The notes below the pieces were generated by a model. It ran no database searches and was not told the DNA's origin. It was given only the letters and a program-made list of their open reading frames with translations. A program made the position numbers and the translations under genes. This document shows, one piece after another, positions 19,945-29,798 of a DNA stretch of 64,000 nucleotides. Numbering within the stretch: position 1 is the first letter of the stretch; the number at the start of each line of letters is the position of its first letter. Source of the DNA: a virus; IMG/VR virus record IMGVR_UViG_3300029908_000016, positions 17,006 to 81,005 of that record. One strand, given 5' to 3'.

Positions 19945-20523
19945 ATGAAAAAGGAAGCAATCAATCCAGGAGCGATTTATGGTGAAGTAGTAGAAACACT
20001 GGCCAATATGTTACGAACGCCTCCTACCCCACCCCCTGCTCCAACAACAACATCGAACGATAAGAATACTAATCCTACATCTGGAGACAGCTTATTGATC
20101 AATAATAAAACAGCTGAAGAAAATGGTTTGTCATTTATGGGTGAAGCGTTTGAAAACGCAAAACCTTTAAATAAAGAAAAGAAGCCAATCACAAAAAAGG
20201 AAAAACCAGCTGTTGATCCCAATTGGCGTAAAAATATGAATAGTATGCATACGCCTGTTGATGAACCAAAAAACTTTAAACAGGAAGTTTTGGAAAGATT
20301 AAAGATCAATCCAAAGAAACATATGCCTGTAAAGAATCTTCAAAAGAATCATAAGCCATTTATGGATTTATCGAAAGCCAAGCATAATAAACTATTGGCT
20401 CATTTAACAAAACATAAGTTACCTTACGGTGTGGCAGCTATTGGATTGGGTGCATTGGGTACAAAAGCAGTGTTCGATCATTTGAATAAAGAAGAACAAA
20501 CAGATAGTCATGCAAAAGTTTAG
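19945..20523 (+). CDS. hypothetical virion-associated protein with C-terminal Gly-rich hydrophobic segment
   Basis: KKEA and NKTA sites; HKLPYGVAAIGLGALG module shared with 56829 ORF. Confidence 0.6.
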   Translation: MKKEAINPGAIYGEVVETLANMLRTPPTPPPAPTTTSNDKNTNPTSGDSLLINNKTAEENGLSFMGEAFENAKPLNKEKKPITKKEKPAVDPNWRKNMNSMHTPVDEPKNFKQEVLERLKINPKKHMPVKNLQKNHKPFMDLSKAKHNKLLAHLTKHKLPYGVAAIGLGALGTKAVFDHLNKEEQTDSHAKV

Positions 20524-20797
20524 TAGTCTACCAATGGATTTCAATACACGTATTATACAACAATTGCGTACTTTACGCAGACCAAAAGGTAATACGTATA
20601 ATCTACTATCGAGTATTACTCAAGACCCTGCAGGTAGTGGATATATCAAAGATTTGAATGATAAGCCCCTATTGGCTACATTCCGTGATAATAAAACGAA
20701 TGGCAACTTTTCAATCAACCCAGATTTTCAGCCTATTGATATTGCTTTAAAATTACGTAAACTTCGAAATGCTTTTCGTAATTCTCAAATACAGTAG
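20510..20797 (+). CDS. hypothetical protein
   Basis: 95 aa ORF overlapping the previous stop. Confidence 0.45.
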   Translation: MQKFSSLPMDFNTRIIQQLRTLRRPKGNTYNLLSSITQDPAGSGYIKDLNDKPLLATFRDNKTNGNFSINPDFQPIDIALKLRKLRNAFRNSQIQ

Positions 20798-21330
20798 TCT
20801 TCAAAATCTTCGAAGCTAACTGTTGCTCTACATTTATCATTGTCGTTATGCGTATAGACCTTGATATTTACACCATTTGGTCTATTAAAACCAATTCTAC
20901 GTAAAATTGAGATTAATTGACTCATTTCTCGTTTACGATTGTATTTGGTAAAGAATGTAGGTTCTTTGATTTTATGCACTTTTGATCCCCAGCATTCTAA
21001 TAATCCCCATTGTTTGGGAATAAGAAAAGGATTCAATAATCCTTTAGGAGTAAGGTAATAACGTGTATACCCCATACCCGCCTCAACATCAGTACGGAAC
21101 GACTTATTACTATCCGCACGAAAATCAGAAACAGAGGTTTTACATTCAATCAAAGTGGATAATCCATTAGCTCGATAGCCTATGGCGTCTGCTGATTCGT
21201 AATCTGTAAGTTCTGTAACAACAATACAATGATCTCGTTTTAACCATTTTGCAGCCCGTTGTACTAGATCATCGTGTGTCATGTTATAGACTTGGAAATT
21301 CTTTAGCAAATATAGCATTAATTGAATCAT
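20785..21330 (-). CDS. PD-(D/E)xK nuclease-fold protein (MmcB-like); true start probably MTHDDL
   Basis: ADAIG...LIECKTSVSDFRAD, RYYLTP, P..WGL. Confidence 0.75.
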   Translation of the reverse strand: MIQLMLYLLKNFQVYNMTHDDLVQRAAKWLKRDHCIVVTELTDYESADAIGYRANGLSTLIECKTSVSDFRADSNKSFRTDVEAGMGYTRYYLTPKGLLNPFLIPKQWGLLECWGSKVHKIKEPTFFTKYNRKREMSQLISILRRIGFNRPNGVNIKVYTHNDNDKCRATVSFEDFEDYCI

Positions 21331-21931
21331 TCAATGGAATGTCTCGTACTTTATCGTTCACTACTGAATGAGTAAATATACTATACTTGTCCCAGACTTT
21401 TTTATTGAATTCATATTTATCATACCAGATTGGAAAGATATTATGTTTAGAAGATAAGTGTTTAATCAAGTCTAGTAGACTGGCCATCTGTGTCTTATTC
21501 AGATCAGCATAATGATAGTAACCTCGAAATTCTTTTTCGATTACCGGGCCAGTATAAATATTTTGATGATGAACATAACCATTGATGTAGTAGTTACCAT
21601 TTTCTTTGATTAAATTATTTTCATTGAGTAGTTCAATCCCGATACTCATTTTATCATATACACCATAACGATCATTGATATTTAGATGATAGCTCCAGTA
21701 TTGATCATCATATGTTTGAACTATGTTACCATTACGTTCAATGATGTAGGGAGATGAGAATTTATCAGAATTATCATTCCAGCGATCAATTAGATTTTGT
21801 GCATTGCCTCTTACACCTTTTAATGGAGAGAATTCTGTACGAGTATTACTACCGTGAATAACAATATATTTCTTTTCTGTAATCGTAGAAATATATGCTT
21901 TAGGGGATAATTCTTTTTTAATATGTGGCAT
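21284..21931 (-). CDS. N-acetylmuramoyl-L-alanine amidase (Amidase_2-like)
   Basis: IVIHGS, YIIERNG, WSYH, SIGIEL, IFTHS...D. Confidence 0.78.
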   Translation of the reverse strand: MPHIKKELSPKAYISTITEKKYIVIHGSNTRTEFSPLKGVRGNAQNLIDRWNDNSDKFSSPYIIERNGNIVQTYDDQYWSYHLNINDRYGVYDKMSIGIELLNENNLIKENGNYYINGYVHHQNIYTGPVIEKEFRGYYHYADLNKTQMASLLDLIKHLSSKHNIFPIWYDKYEFNKKVWDKYSIFTHSVVNDKVRDIPLNDSINAIFAKEFPSL

Positions 21932-21997
21932 AGAGTATATTGATTAATGTTAAGTAAAAGATGGCTCTAACTTGACATTATCGGGAGGTAATAGTTA

Positions 21998-22495
21998 TTA
22001 TTTCGTCCATGCCAAGGTTGCTCCTCGTTGATGATTATAATGTCCAACTTCTTGATATTTCTTGATTTCTGGAGCATCATTTTCAAAAAACATAATCTGA
22101 CATATCGGTTCACCGACCCTTAGACTCACTGGCCAACAGATTAGATTCTTAATTTCCAAAGTAATATTACCTTCAAAACCTGGGTCGATCAATCCAGCAA
22201 ATTCTACAGAAATTCCAGTTCTTGCTTTCGAAGATTTTCCACAAACAATACCTGTTAAATTATCAGGTATTTTGACAATCTCCTTTGTACCTCCTAATAC
22301 AAATTGATTAGCTTCTAATGTAAACCAACTACTATTATTGGTCATGTCAAAGTAACCAACGATTCTTGGGTCAGGTATTCGAAATTCAGAACATAAGGTC
22401 AGATCATAACTTACAGGGTTCAATAACCGTTCATCATAAGGAGTAATGAGATCACTAGACAATGCGAGTTCTTTGATTTTTTTATCATTTAACAT
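21998..22495 (-). CDS. dcd: dCTP deaminase
   Basis: NPVSYDLTL, GKSSKARTG, AGLIDPGFEGNITLEI, ICQIMF, Y..Q.G. Confidence 0.9.
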   Translation of the reverse strand: MLNDKKIKELALSSDLITPYDERLLNPVSYDLTLCSEFRIPDPRIVGYFDMTNNSSWFTLEANQFVLGGTKEIVKIPDNLTGIVCGKSSKARTGISVEFAGLIDPGFEGNITLEIKNLICWPVSLRVGEPICQIMFFENDAPEIKKYQEVGHYNHQRGATLAWTK

Positions 22496-22516
22496 AAATA
22501 TTATTGTGAGGTTTGT

Positions 22517-22711
22517 TTAGATGATGTTTAAAAGAGCTTTAGCAAATTTTTTAATTTCTTCAGATAGCTCTTCACCTTCATCTTCAATCTTATGAAAGTT
22601 ACTGTATTTATAAGTATCATTTTCTAACTTGGATACTTTCAATAAAGTAGTATTATCGAAAATAATCATAATCTCTTCGGCTTCAGGATCTACAGTAATA
22701 TCAAAATTCAT
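22517..22711 (-). CDS. small acidic hypothetical protein
   Basis: 64 aa ORF upstream of dcd. Confidence 0.5.
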   Translation of the reverse strand: MNFDITVDPEAEEIMIIFDNTTLLKVSKLENDTYKYSNFHKIEDEGEELSEEIKKFAKALLNII

Positions 22712-22786
22712 AAGCTTGGTTTATGCATCAAAAATAAGGTAGAATTGATCCTTTGTCAAAGATTATTTTTATGTTAAGTTATTAAT

Positions 22787-23482
22787 ATGAACGATGTTCT
22801 GACTCGCCAGGAAAAGATACAACAAATACGTGACTTCTTTAATAAAACAAAAATCGATAAATCAGTTACGCAGCATACGTTGAATAAAGAATATAGTAAT
22901 GTTAATCCTGAATTATTAACTACTACTTCTGGTAAATTACTAAGAATTCATAAAAATGAAGTAGATCCCGATGATCGAGATAATCTGCTGTTCTCAAAGT
23001 TTCATGGACTAGAAGATCATCTAGTACAACATGTACAAAAAGATGCCGGAAAGCTTAATGCTAAAGCTAGAATGAAGATGGAGCAGAAGAAAAATTTAAG
23101 TTGGTTAGACGCTGGGTTTTGGAGTCCTCAACTACGCAGTGTACTGGTATCTAATAGTTTAACCCAACCAATTGACGGTATAAATCCAATAGAATTTTTA
23201 TCGTTGTCGCATAAAGTAACCAAAATGGGAGAAGGTGGGATTTTTTCTTCAGAATCCGTGCCTCAAGAAAGCCATCAAATCAGTGACTCATCCTTTGGTT
23301 GGATCGACCCTATGCAAGTTCCAGAATCTTTAGATATTGGAGTTACAAGTTATTTTACTCAAGGTACAAGAAAAGGTTTTGATAATAAACTTTATAAATT
23401 AGTGAAAGATAAAAATGGTAATAAAGTTTGGAAGGACCACGAGACTTTATTGAACAGTGTGGTGGATATCCCGGAATACTAA
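22787..23482 (+). CDS. rpoB: RNA polymerase beta subunit, middle fragment (fork loop / Rif region)
   Basis: LTQPIDGINPIEFLSLSHKVTKMGEGG...FGWIDPMQVPESLDIG aligns with RpoB [27 protein letters not shown]...YGRVCPIETPEGPNIG. Confidence 0.85.
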   Translation: MNDVLTRQEKIQQIRDFFNKTKIDKSVTQHTLNKEYSNVNPELLTTTSGKLLRIHKNEVDPDDRDNLLFSKFHGLEDHLVQHVQKDAGKLNAKARMKMEQKKNLSWLDAGFWSPQLRSVLVSNSLTQPIDGINPIEFLSLSHKVTKMGEGGIFSSESVPQESHQISDSSFGWIDPMQVPESLDIGVTSYFTQGTRKGFDNKLYKLVKDKNGNKVWKDHETLLNSVVDIPEY

Positions 23483-24156
23483 CTCCAATAACTTGAACTT
23501 ATAATCGTAGTGTTACCTGTTTTTGTTCCTCCATCAATACCAGTAGTATCATCATACATTGGAGATACTGTTTTACCAAATACTGAACAAGTATAACCAG
23601 GGCACACAACAGAACCTATATTTGTAACGTTGTTAGCCCCCGTACCTCCAACAGATATAAGCAGTCGAGGATAATATAACCCAGTTCCTAACTTATCCCA
23701 GTAGGTACCACCCCAAATGATAGCAAGCCCAAAGTTTGCTTCTTCTGCTTCACTGCCTGTAGAATATGCATTATAATTTAAACTAAGTCCATTACCTAGT
23801 CCAATTAAATTATTATTCGTTCTTATCGCCGGTGACCATGGAGTAGAAGGAATTGATGTAGGTGCTCCAGTTAAAGGCTGATTATATAGCCCTAAACTTG
23901 GACCGGCGGCACTACCATTAAAATAAATAGTTTCTGTAGGATCAATGTTTGGTATGTAAGTCCATGTCCAAGTGCATTCAATATTTTTGGATAGCCAATA
24001 TTCTTTAACAATCTCCTGAGTGGTTAATCCAATATTATAACCATAATTTGCAGGAGGAACTCCTATAATAGGAGTAAAGGGTAAGAATCCTTGATTATAA
24101 TATAATGCTACACTCATTCTATACTGGTTCAGGATAAATAGCCGCGTTACCACCAA
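23479..24156 (-). CDS. putative structural/tail-associated protein
   Basis: Gly/Thr/Tyr/Asn-rich, low charge, beta-type composition. Confidence 0.45.
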   Translation of the reverse strand: MVVTRLFILNQYRMSVALYYNQGFLPFTPIIGVPPANYGYNIGLTTQEIVKEYWLSKNIECTWTWTYIPNIDPTETIYFNGSAAGPSLGLYNQPLTGAPTSIPSTPWSPAIRTNNNLIGLGNGLSLNYNAYSTGSEAEEANFGLAIIWGGTYWDKLGTGLYYPRLLISVGGTGANNVTNIGSVVCPGYTCSVFGKTVSPMYDDTTGIDGGTKTGNTTIISSSYWS

Positions 24157-25321
24157 TAGCTGTATTTACGATATTCAAATTATTGAAGCAGCTTTGTAAT
24201 GATATGGAAGATGTGATTGTTGCAATAGGATATTGTGCGTATGTTTGATTAGGTGGTGTAGAGCCATCAAATTGTGCAATTGTAGGAGACGAGAACACAA
24301 TTCCACTTGGGCCTAGATTATTTGTTGTACATATTTTTGCAGCGGTAGGTGATAATCCCGAAACTGTTAATTCCAACCAAACCAAGTCATTAGAATTTAT
24401 CGAAGAAATCGAAGTGTTTAAACTTGTAATTGATATTGAAGAGGATGTTGGAAATTGCGAAAGATTTCCAGGTAATACGGTTAATGATGCACCACTTGGA
24501 GACAAAACTACATAGAACGGTGTTTTTGGGCAGTTATTACTAATTTGTCGGGCGTAGTAAGTTATTTCCTCTACTGTGAAATCAATGACTTGTGTTGTCG
24601 AAGCCAAGGGGCAACTACCATCACATGTAGAAGTTGGGCTAGGACTACCAACTACTTCATAGACAAAGTTACATAGACTAATAATATCCCCTTGTTTAGG
24701 GGTTGTACCCAACGTAGAGTACCTACTTTGTATATTTGTGCGAACTTGACAACAAGTAGCAGTACAATCCAGACAAGTAGCTGCCACGTCATTGCCCCCA
24801 CCTCCTCCCCCAATATTACCAACCAAAGCAAAATTACAAGGACCACCAACAACGTTTAAACTATTTGGCTGGGTTGGATCATTACTCACACTACTTGAAA
24901 AATTGGTACCCGATGAACAGGGTATGGTAGGTACGTTGATATCGATAATTCCACCAATTACAAAATTACAAGGACCACCCACTACACTGATACTACCAGT
25001 TGTACTTGCTGAACCACTACCCACAATCGTAATTGCGGATTCAAAAGTAACACCCTGAGGGCAAGGTATGTTGATATTGATCTTCGGTATGTGTATTGGA
25101 GGAATGGGAAAAACATTATTGAACGTATATTTGCATCCTCCTTGTGGAGTAGTCAGCACACCACTGACATTCAAATCATTAGTGATTAGTGCAGGGAGAT
25201 TACATTCAGCAGGCTGGCAGGAAGGATCAGGTGTAATATAAGCAGCCTGATAACCTGTATTACCTGCGTTAAAATCAATACTACTGACATTAACGCTTAG
25301 AGGAGGGTAACAGGTAGCCAT
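24119..25321 (-). CDS. Cys/Pro/Ser/Thr-rich putative fibre or decoration protein
   Basis: About 18 Cys; internal IPC..G..F.S...VVGGPCNF repeat twice. Confidence 0.5.
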   Translation of the reverse strand: MATCYPPLSVNVSSIDFNAGNTGYQAAYITPDPSCQPAECNLPALITNDLNVSGVLTTPQGGCKYTFNNVFPIPPIHIPKININIPCPQGVTFESAITIVGSGSASTTGSISVVGGPCNFVIGGIIDINVPTIPCSSGTNFSSSVSNDPTQPNSLNVVGGPCNFALVGNIGGGGGGNDVAATCLDCTATCCQVRTNIQSRYSTLGTTPKQGDIISLCNFVYEVVGSPSPTSTCDGSCPLASTTQVIDFTVEEITYYARQISNNCPKTPFYVVLSPSGASLTVLPGNLSQFPTSSSISITSLNTSISSINSNDLVWLELTVSGLSPTAAKICTTNNLGPSGIVFSSPTIAQFDGSTPPNQTYAQYPIATITSSISLQSCFNNLNIVNTAIGGNAAIYPEPV

Positions 25322-25698
25322 TAATCGAGTTTATGAATAACTCGATATAAAAACAAGTTCAAAAAAGCCAAAGGAAAAACACTGACCAATGTTGATAAAT
25401 CGATATCTGAATAAGTGTCAAATAATGAATAGACTACAAATATATTAAATACCGCGAACCAGAATGATAGGCATGTAGCACATATTAGTAATCTAACAAT
25501 AAAACAATCATGATACTCAGAAAGATACCCTACATAATTATGAGGGTACCCTTCTTTTTTTAATTTGAAGTACTCGTCTAATCGAAAAAAATACCGAAAG
25601 CCAAATAAACACATATACTCAATAAATGCATTTGTATTCAACCAAACTTCTATTACATAAGCAGAAGATAGTGTATTGATTAGGAGTAATTCAAGCAT
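25321..25698 (-). CDS. membrane protein (DUF1360-like)
   Basis: Hydrophobic helices and CATCLSFW motif. Confidence 0.6.
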   Translation of the reverse strand: MLELLLINTLSSAYVIEVWLNTNAFIEYMCLFGFRYFFRLDEYFKLKKEGYPHNYVGYLSEYHDCFIVRLLICATCLSFWFAVFNIFVVYSLFDTYSDIDLSTLVSVFPLAFLNLFLYRVIHKLD

Positions 25699-25702
25699 TT
25701 TA

Positions 25703-26002
25703 TTAACCGGTTGCAGGTGGAGTATCTGTTACTTTTGAATAACCCAAAAGGTCAGAAATTTTTGCTTTCAACTCTTCAACTAACGCTTTTTGAGCAGATA
25801 GTGCAGAATCATTAATAGTTACTTGATTTAGTTGTTTTTGAACATCGTTAAAGGTTTGTTGAAGCTGTTGCTTATAACCATTGTTCTTGGTTATACGTTC
25901 ATTGACTTGACGAAGAGCGTCGTTCAATACTTCAATAGAGATGTGAGGGGCAGGTTCATTTGAACCTACTACAGGTAGTACAATTGGAGAGGGATCAGGC
26001 AT
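25703..26002 (-). CDS. coiled-coil hypothetical protein
   Basis: 99 aa heptad-rich ORF. Confidence 0.55.
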   Translation of the reverse strand: MPDPSPIVLPVVGSNEPAPHISIEVLNDALRQVNERITKNNGYKQQLQQTFNDVQKQLNQVTINDSALSAQKALVEELKAKISDLLGYSKVTDTPPATG

Positions 26003-26010
26003 TTTTCTTT

Positions 26011-26232
26011 TTAAGTATTAGTGTTTTGGTCTTGTAGGTCTTCGCCATCAGATTTGAGAATGTCTTTAATTTCGTTTTCAATTCTTTTGATTTCATCGCG
26101 AAAACCAGCTGCGGCATCTTTCTTCTGGCTTTTAATCTGCTGCATTTCTACATAAAGATTGTACACTCGTTCTGCGTTCGTGACAACCGGTGTAGTAGAA
26201 TTGGCTGCTGTTGTTTCTGTAGTATTACTCAT
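26011..26232 (-). CDS. small coiled-coil protein
   Basis: 73 aa ORF in operon run. Confidence 0.55.
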   Translation of the reverse strand: MSNTTETTAANSTTPVVTNAERVYNLYVEMQQIKSQKKDAAAGFRDEIKRIENEIKDILKSDGEDLQDQNTNT

Positions 26233-26233
26233 A

Positions 26234-26857
26234 TTAAATTTTGATATTCTTCTTAAAGTAGATTTCTCGGTTCTTTAACACCAAAACAAAATTTTCTTTT
26301 CCGCTCTCGTCTTTTACTACAATGTTTTGACCATTCTCGTTTCGAAGAAACACTAACGCAATATTGGTGTTACGATTAGCATAAAATACATCTTCAACAA
26401 CACGGTTGGTTTCCTTATCGTAAACCGAGTATGCTCGTGAAAGCTTGTCATCCGCCGCTAAAGTAAAGGGTGCGTCATCATCACTATATGATAGCCTTTG
26501 TCCACCTACGATTGTCAGATCCTTAGGTACTTCTTTCAAAGCAGCTTTCGGAGGTTCATCTACATTATTCTCAAATTCTGGACGAGAAGATTTGGAGATA
26601 ATAGTATTTTCATCCTTCTTAGCATTTTCAAAAATTTCATCAACCGTATTACTATCCAGAATCGTATTCAGATTCTCTACTGAATTGTTATTCTTAGAAA
26701 CTTCTGAATCATTAGTCTTTTGTGTATCTCCGTTAAAAAGCTGAACTAGTCGATCATGTTCTTTTTCAGCTACAGTCTTTTCTTTAAAAGTGTTTGTTGT
26801 TACTGGTGTAACAGGTGTTTGGTTGGTTACTTCGCGGTTTTTCTTGGGTCGTCCCAT
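26234..26857 (-). CDS. hypothetical protein with N-terminal GRPKK (AT-hook-like)
   Basis: MGRPKK start, disordered N half. Confidence 0.55.
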   Translation of the reverse strand: MGRPKKNREVTNQTPVTPVTTNTFKEKTVAEKEHDRLVQLFNGDTQKTNDSEVSKNNNSVENLNTILDSNTVDEIFENAKKDENTIISKSSRPEFENNVDEPPKAALKEVPKDLTIVGGQRLSYSDDDAPFTLAADDKLSRAYSVYDKETNRVVEDVFYANRNTNIALVFLRNENGQNIVVKDESGKENFVLVLKNREIYFKKNIKI

Positions 26858-26861
26858 ATGT

Positions 26862-27860
26862 TTAATTTCCTTTGTTTGAGTTAAATCCTTCTTCCAAATA
26901 TACGGGTTTTCTTAAAGGTGTCAACAGACTGTTCAATTCTTTTTTTGTTATTGTTAGTAATTTTAAGCTTTTGTCCATCCACCCATAAGACAGTTTAAAT
27001 TGCTTTTCTTCATAAACCACTCCACAAGGGAATACTGAAGCATTACCCCATAATACAACTTCTTCCGTATAATCTCCCATAACTAATGGAATACGAGTTT
27101 GGCTTAGAAGTTCAAATTTTTCTGCATTTCTTTTAAAGGTATAACATCCTAGATAATAAACCCTGCCAATACCGTATTCTTCTGTATTACTAAAAGGATC
27201 TGCTTTTGCAGAACTATGAAAAAAATGATAAAAGATACCATCAATTTCGATAGCGGAAGCTCCTCCTCTTATTTCACCAAAAGGCCAATTGAATAATCGG
27301 CTATCACCTTGTTCTTTAATTAGTATATCATTTTCAAATTCAGCGATAATTGTAACAGGTTGCGTTTTATAAATGAATGTAGGATTTTTTTGATTATTTA
27401 GAAAGCACCAGTTCTTCTCAAAAGTCATGGGTGTCTGAAAATTAAAAAAATGTTCATTAGCTTTCTTGGTAGCATTCTGACGTTCTTCAATTGTCCAATT
27501 ATCTTGATAGTTTAATTTTTTATATCCTTTATAATGCAGGTTTTCTGTTAATTCTACCAGCCCTTGAAATTGGCAGTTTGTTTTCAGATTTATCTGACTG
27601 ACGGCTAAATAAGGTTTATCATCTATAATAATAAATCGAGGGTCTTCAAATAGATGATTAAGAATGGGTATTTTTATTTCCCAATTGGCACCTGTAGGTT
27701 GCCAATCTTTATTCATTCTAGTAATGTATAATTTACATTTCCAAGTATCCCAATTAGCCCTATAAGCCATGTAGTTCTCGACCTTATATTTAAAAATAGC
27801 TCCATTAAATAGGTAAGGAGCATTGACCAGCTTTTCCAAAGGTATATTAGTTATATCCAT
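26862..27860 (-). CDS. five-bladed beta-propeller glycosidase/phosphorylase-like protein (GH130-like)
   Basis: FEDPRF, EKNWCF, IRGG, VFPCG, SYG..D motifs. Confidence 0.7.
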   Translation of the reverse strand: MDITNIPLEKLVNAPYLFNGAIFKYKVENYMAYRANWDTWKCKLYITRMNKDWQPTGANWEIKIPILNHLFEDPRFIIIDDKPYLAVSQINLKTNCQFQGLVELTENLHYKGYKKLNYQDNWTIEERQNATKKANEHFFNFQTPMTFEKNWCFLNNQKNPTFIYKTQPVTIIAEFENDILIKEQGDSRLFNWPFGEIRGGASAIEIDGIFYHFFHSSAKADPFSNTEEYGIGRVYYLGCYTFKRNAEKFELLSQTRIPLVMGDYTEEVVLWGNASVFPCGVVYEEKQFKLSYGWMDKSLKLLTITKKELNSLLTPLRKPVYLEEGFNSNKGN

Positions 27861-27900
27861 GCGAATACAATCTAAATTACACTCAAGGAATATGCAAATG

Positions 27901-27933
27901 AAAAGACGCCAAATATTAACTTGGCGTCTTTTT
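27901..27933. terminator. intrinsic terminator
   Basis: AAAAGACGCCAA-8nt-TTGGCGTCTTTT. Confidence 0.78.
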
Positions 27934-27954
27934 CTAATCGACTAAAATTTTATA

Positions 27955-28326
27955 CTAGTTTGCCTGTACAGTAAAAACTTTACCAGGAATTCCTGAGAAG
28001 TTGGAGTCATATTCGATGACATAATTAAACCCAATTGCCCCGCCAGCTGTAGACTGTGTAATAGATATAGGGGCAGCAGTAGAAATATTGTAATTTGGAT
28101 AAACGTCTACTTTTACAGGAGTAGCATCAAGTGTAGCAATAGTTGCTTTAATAATCTTTTTAGATGGTATAGTTCCAAAATAGAAAAAATCTCCACGAGT
28201 GTATGAACCTGCTGGTACGGTTCCGTATTCGCAGTTATAATTTCCATAACGGGTCCACGATGCTCCATTTACCTGAGTTAATGAATTAGTTACGACACCT
28301 TTGATTACTAGTCTACTATTAGCCAT
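27955..28326 (-). CDS. putative small structural protein
   Basis: 123 aa beta-rich ORF with AAGGA-type RBS and its own terminator. Confidence 0.55.
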   Translation of the reverse strand: MANSRLVIKGVVTNSLTQVNGASWTRYGNYNCEYGTVPAGSYTRGDFFYFGTIPSKKIIKATIATLDATPVKVDVYPNYNISTAAPISITQSTAGGAIGFNYVIEYDSNFSGIPGKVFTVQAN

Positions 28327-28419
28327 ATTGTTGTTTCCTTTATAATTTGTTAATTGAATCAGCTATTAAAATTAGACTAACATGAAAATAAAGTGTACAC
28401 AATATTTTATTTAGACTAT

Positions 28420-28447
28420 TTGACTTATAATTACCATATAGTATAGT
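28420..28447 (+). promoter_or_regulatory. sigma70-like promoter
   Basis: TTGACT-N16-TATAGT just upstream of the ATG at 28453. Confidence 0.4.
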
Positions 28448-28452
28448 CAATT

Positions 28453-29796
28453 ATGTTTGTAAATTACGATGAGTTTAAAAAATACTCAAAAGGTTCTGGA
28501 AGGAAAGTTGAAATAACTTGTGAAAAGTGTAAAAAAACAAGACTTAAAACAGTTGCAGAATTATATAAATTTAATAGACATTTGCCAGACTCCACACATG
28601 GCTGCGTGCACTGTAAAAAAGATGTCGCAGAAAGAAATAATTTATTAAAATATGGTGTAAAGAATACATCGCAATTACCTGAAGTTAGAGCAAAACATAG
28701 AGCATCTTGTTTAAAAAACTTAGGTGTAGAATTCCCTATGCAAAATAAGGACGTACAATCTAAGAATAAAAAAACAAATTTAATACGTTATGGAGTAGAA
28801 TGCTCTCTTCAAAATCCTGAAATTAGAAAGAAAAGTTTAACTACATTATTTAATAATTATGGGGTAGATAGCGCAAATAAAAATGAAAGTATAAAACTAA
28901 AGGGTATAAAAACTAAATTAAGAATATATGGAACATTACATCCTAGGATTAATAAAGAGGAGAATAAATTAAAGGATTTTTTAAATTCTTTTGGGTTTAA
29001 TTTTATTTCTGATTATGACTTATTAAGTGGTAAAGAAATAGATGCTTACGACATTAATCTAAAATTGGGGATAGAGTATTGTGGGCTTTATTATCATAAT
29101 GAGCTATCTCCCAACCCGAGAGATAAAGATTATCACAATAATAAAAGATTAAAATGTGAAGCCCAGGGAGTTAGACTAATTACTATATTTGAAGATGAAT
29201 GGAGACGTAGAAACAGCCAAGTTAAAGGTTATTTAAAGGCAATTTTAAATAAAACAAATTTTAAGATATACGCTCGAAAATGTTTAGTTAAGGATATAGA
29301 TAAAAAAGAAGCTAACGCCTTTATCAATAAATACCATATACAAGGAGCAAACCTTTTAGGTATTTATTTTGCAGGATTGTATTATAAAGAAGAATTAGTT
29401 GGAGTTATGAGTTTTGGAAAACATCCTAGAAACTTTCGAAAATTAACTTTAGATCGTTTATGTTTTAGAGAAGATTATTCAATAATAGGAGGGGCTTCTA
29501 AGATGTTTGTCTATTTAACCAAAAAATTTGATATACACGAGATTATTAGTTGGTCGGATAATCGATGGTCGCAAGGTAATGTGTATAACGCTTTAGGATT
29601 TAACTTAGACGAAGAATTACCTCCAGATTATAGCTACGTATATATTAAAAATCCTGTAGAACGTTTATCTAAACATTCTCAAATGAAAAGAAATACTAAG
29701 TGTCCTATTGATAAAACAGAACTAGAGTGGGCAACTGAAAGAGGGTTAGCAAGAATTTGGGACTGTGGTAAAAAAAGATGGATATGGAAATCGTAA
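28453..29796 (+). CDS. free-standing homing endonuclease-like protein
   Basis: CxxC Zn ribbon, KYGV.N..Q repeats, EID..IEYCGLYYH, IFEDEW, IYARK, C-terminal WDCG. Confidence 0.8.
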   Translation: MFVNYDEFKKYSKGSGRKVEITCEKCKKTRLKTVAELYKFNRHLPDSTHGCVHCKKDVAERNNLLKYGVKNTSQLPEVRAKHRASCLKNLGVEFPMQNKDVQSKNKKTNLIRYGVECSLQNPEIRKKSLTTLFNNYGVDSANKNESIKLKGIKTKLRIYGTLHPRINKEENKLKDFLNSFGFNFISDYDLLSGKEIDAYDINLKLGIEYCGLYYHNELSPNPRDKDYHNNKRLKCEAQGVRLITIFEDEWRRRNSQVKGYLKAILNKTNFKIYARKCLVKDIDKKEANAFINKYHIQGANLLGIYFAGLYYKEELVGVMSFGKHPRNFRKLTLDRLCFREDYSIIGGASKMFVYLTKKFDIHEIISWSDNRWSQGNVYNALGFNLDEELPPDYSYVYIKNPVERLSKHSQMKRNTKCPIDKTELEWATERGLARIWDCGKKRWIWKS

Positions 29797-29798
29797 GC

